DNA of 63,426 nucleotides, filler included, from Hyphochytrium catenoides (lineage: Eukaryota > Protista > Hyphochytriomycota): the NCBI GenBank assembly GCA_900088475.1. It is 7 parts of 7 records of this genome, joined end to end, with 100 filler letters (N's around TTAATTAATTAA, not from the genome) between each part and the next. Parts side by side here need not be neighbours in the genome. Positions count along the whole stretch, not along the records: positions 62,295 to 63,426 come from FLMG01001832.1; 6 more parts are not named here. One strand, given 5' to 3'. How positions within the stretch are numbered: the stretch's first letter is position 1; every line of letters begins with the position of its first letter. Positions 62,295 to 63,426 of this stretch are shown here, one piece after another. The position numbers and the translations under genes are program-made. A model generated the notes under the pieces. The model was given only the letters and a program-made list of their open reading frames with translations. It ran no database searches and had not been told where the DNA came from.

Positions 62295-63426
62295 AGAAAG
62301 AAAGGAGAAGAAGGCACCATGGCCACACAGCAGCGGGATCTCAAAAGAGTCTTTATCATCCTGGCTTCTCCAGGGTGTCTGGCGATATTTTTTCTCTCTG
62401 CATGATGATGATGACCGTGGTCTAGATATCATCAGCTTCTTCCCCTCGTTTTGCTATGATTTACATATCTGAGAAGAAAGAAGTTCAATGATGAATCTCA
62501 TCTCTTTGTTATCGGTCATGATAATGAAGAAGAGTTCTTTTCTGGTCACGCTCATAGAGGATGAAGACGTCCTGGTTTCTCGTTCTTCTTGCTGCTTCTC
62601 TTCTCTATCACTCTTTACGTTTCTTCTATTGACTCCGCTTCTTCCATTTGATCTATAAAGATAATGCATCACTCACCTATCGCCCTCGGCAATCTGCTCC
62701 TCCTGCCTCCGACTAGGAGCTCGTGCATCAGAACAGCAGCAAAAGCTCTTTATCTGCCTCATGGCGCCGCTATCCATAGTAAAATAATGCAATCTTCTTC
62801 AAACCTTGCTCAGATCTGTCTCCATAAAGAATGAAGTCTTACCGGTCTGATGCAAGATGATTAGATGTATCATTCTTGAATCAAGGCTGTTGTAACGTGA
62901 GGATCCGTGATCTCTGGTTCTTCAGCACGGATAAAGTGTTCTGAAGAAAGGAAGACCTTGTTCTGAAGAATCTCCACTTTCCCTGTGGTTCAAGCTTTAA
63001 TCTGTCTTCCTCGAAGAAGGCCATGGGAGAGCCCATGGGAGGCGCTGGGCGCTGGAAGTAGGAGAATAGTTGAGACGTTGGGCTTGCAGTGAGCACGAGT
63101 ACGCTTCGTATTGACCGTTTTTTCGTGAACTGCCCATTGAGAAAGGAAGAAGTTGACCTTGGGCTCCTAGTACTGGCAGCATTAGCACCCTGCTGCTGCT
63201 GCTGCTGCTTGACAATTGAAGTTAAGTTGGCGGCGCGTTCACCCGGAAGAGGCAGGGATGAGTTGTTGAATGGTTAGCTTGATTGGGTTGTTGATCAGAA
63301 TGTGTCGATTGCTGTTGAGCCAAAGGCCCAAGTTGTAGCTTTGTTGCTTGCCATTCAAGGAAAAGATGTCACTCGCTACGTCAGGCCTGAGCAATGGACA
63401 TGCCGCCTACGGTTCAAAGTCCGACG

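Noticed and set aside
62295-63426. Gln-run-containing minus-strand ORF fragments
   Set aside because: They contain multiple stops, have no recognisable family, and are truncated by the window end.

Overview
Eukaryotic nuclear DNA with spliceosomal introns (GT-AG, at least one GC-AG), very rich in (AG)n/(CT)n microsatellites. The TOP1, GST and Cys-module sequences are compatible with a stramenopile-type protist, but that is an impression, not a test. The window is not one contiguous locus. Six artificial 100-bp linkers (44 N + TTAATTAATTAA + 44 N, stop codons in all six frames) join seven scaffolds: 1-14196, 14297-17938, 18039-25446, 25547-43792, 43893-51540, 51641-62194 and 62295-63426. Neighbourhood arguments are therefore valid only within a scaffold. 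Most ORFs in the supplied track are spurious ER/SL-rich read-throughs of microsatellites. Supported genes: a multi-pass membrane protein; a hairpin-TM/PB1/LIR/CUE protein; a Cys-module type I surface protein; a 7TM protein; a frameshifted DUF2306-like gene; an ABHD11-like hydrolase; an intronless secreted PhoX phosphatase; an STK16-like NAK kinase; a coiled-coil protein; syntaxin-5; a 1035-codon pogo/CENP-B-derived ORF; an FAD monooxygenase; a RecQ helicase head-to-head with topoisomerase IB; an NHL beta-propeller protein; and a sigma-like GST. Three candidates stand out. (1) An apparently domesticated pogo transposase that has lost all three catalytic Asp, carries an N-terminal pseudo-OTU domain and has a CENP-B-like acidic tail. 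(2) A membrane-anchored p62/NBR1-like candidate autophagy receptor. (3) Introns with complementary GA-rich 5' and CT-rich 3' halves that could fold back and bridge the splice sites.
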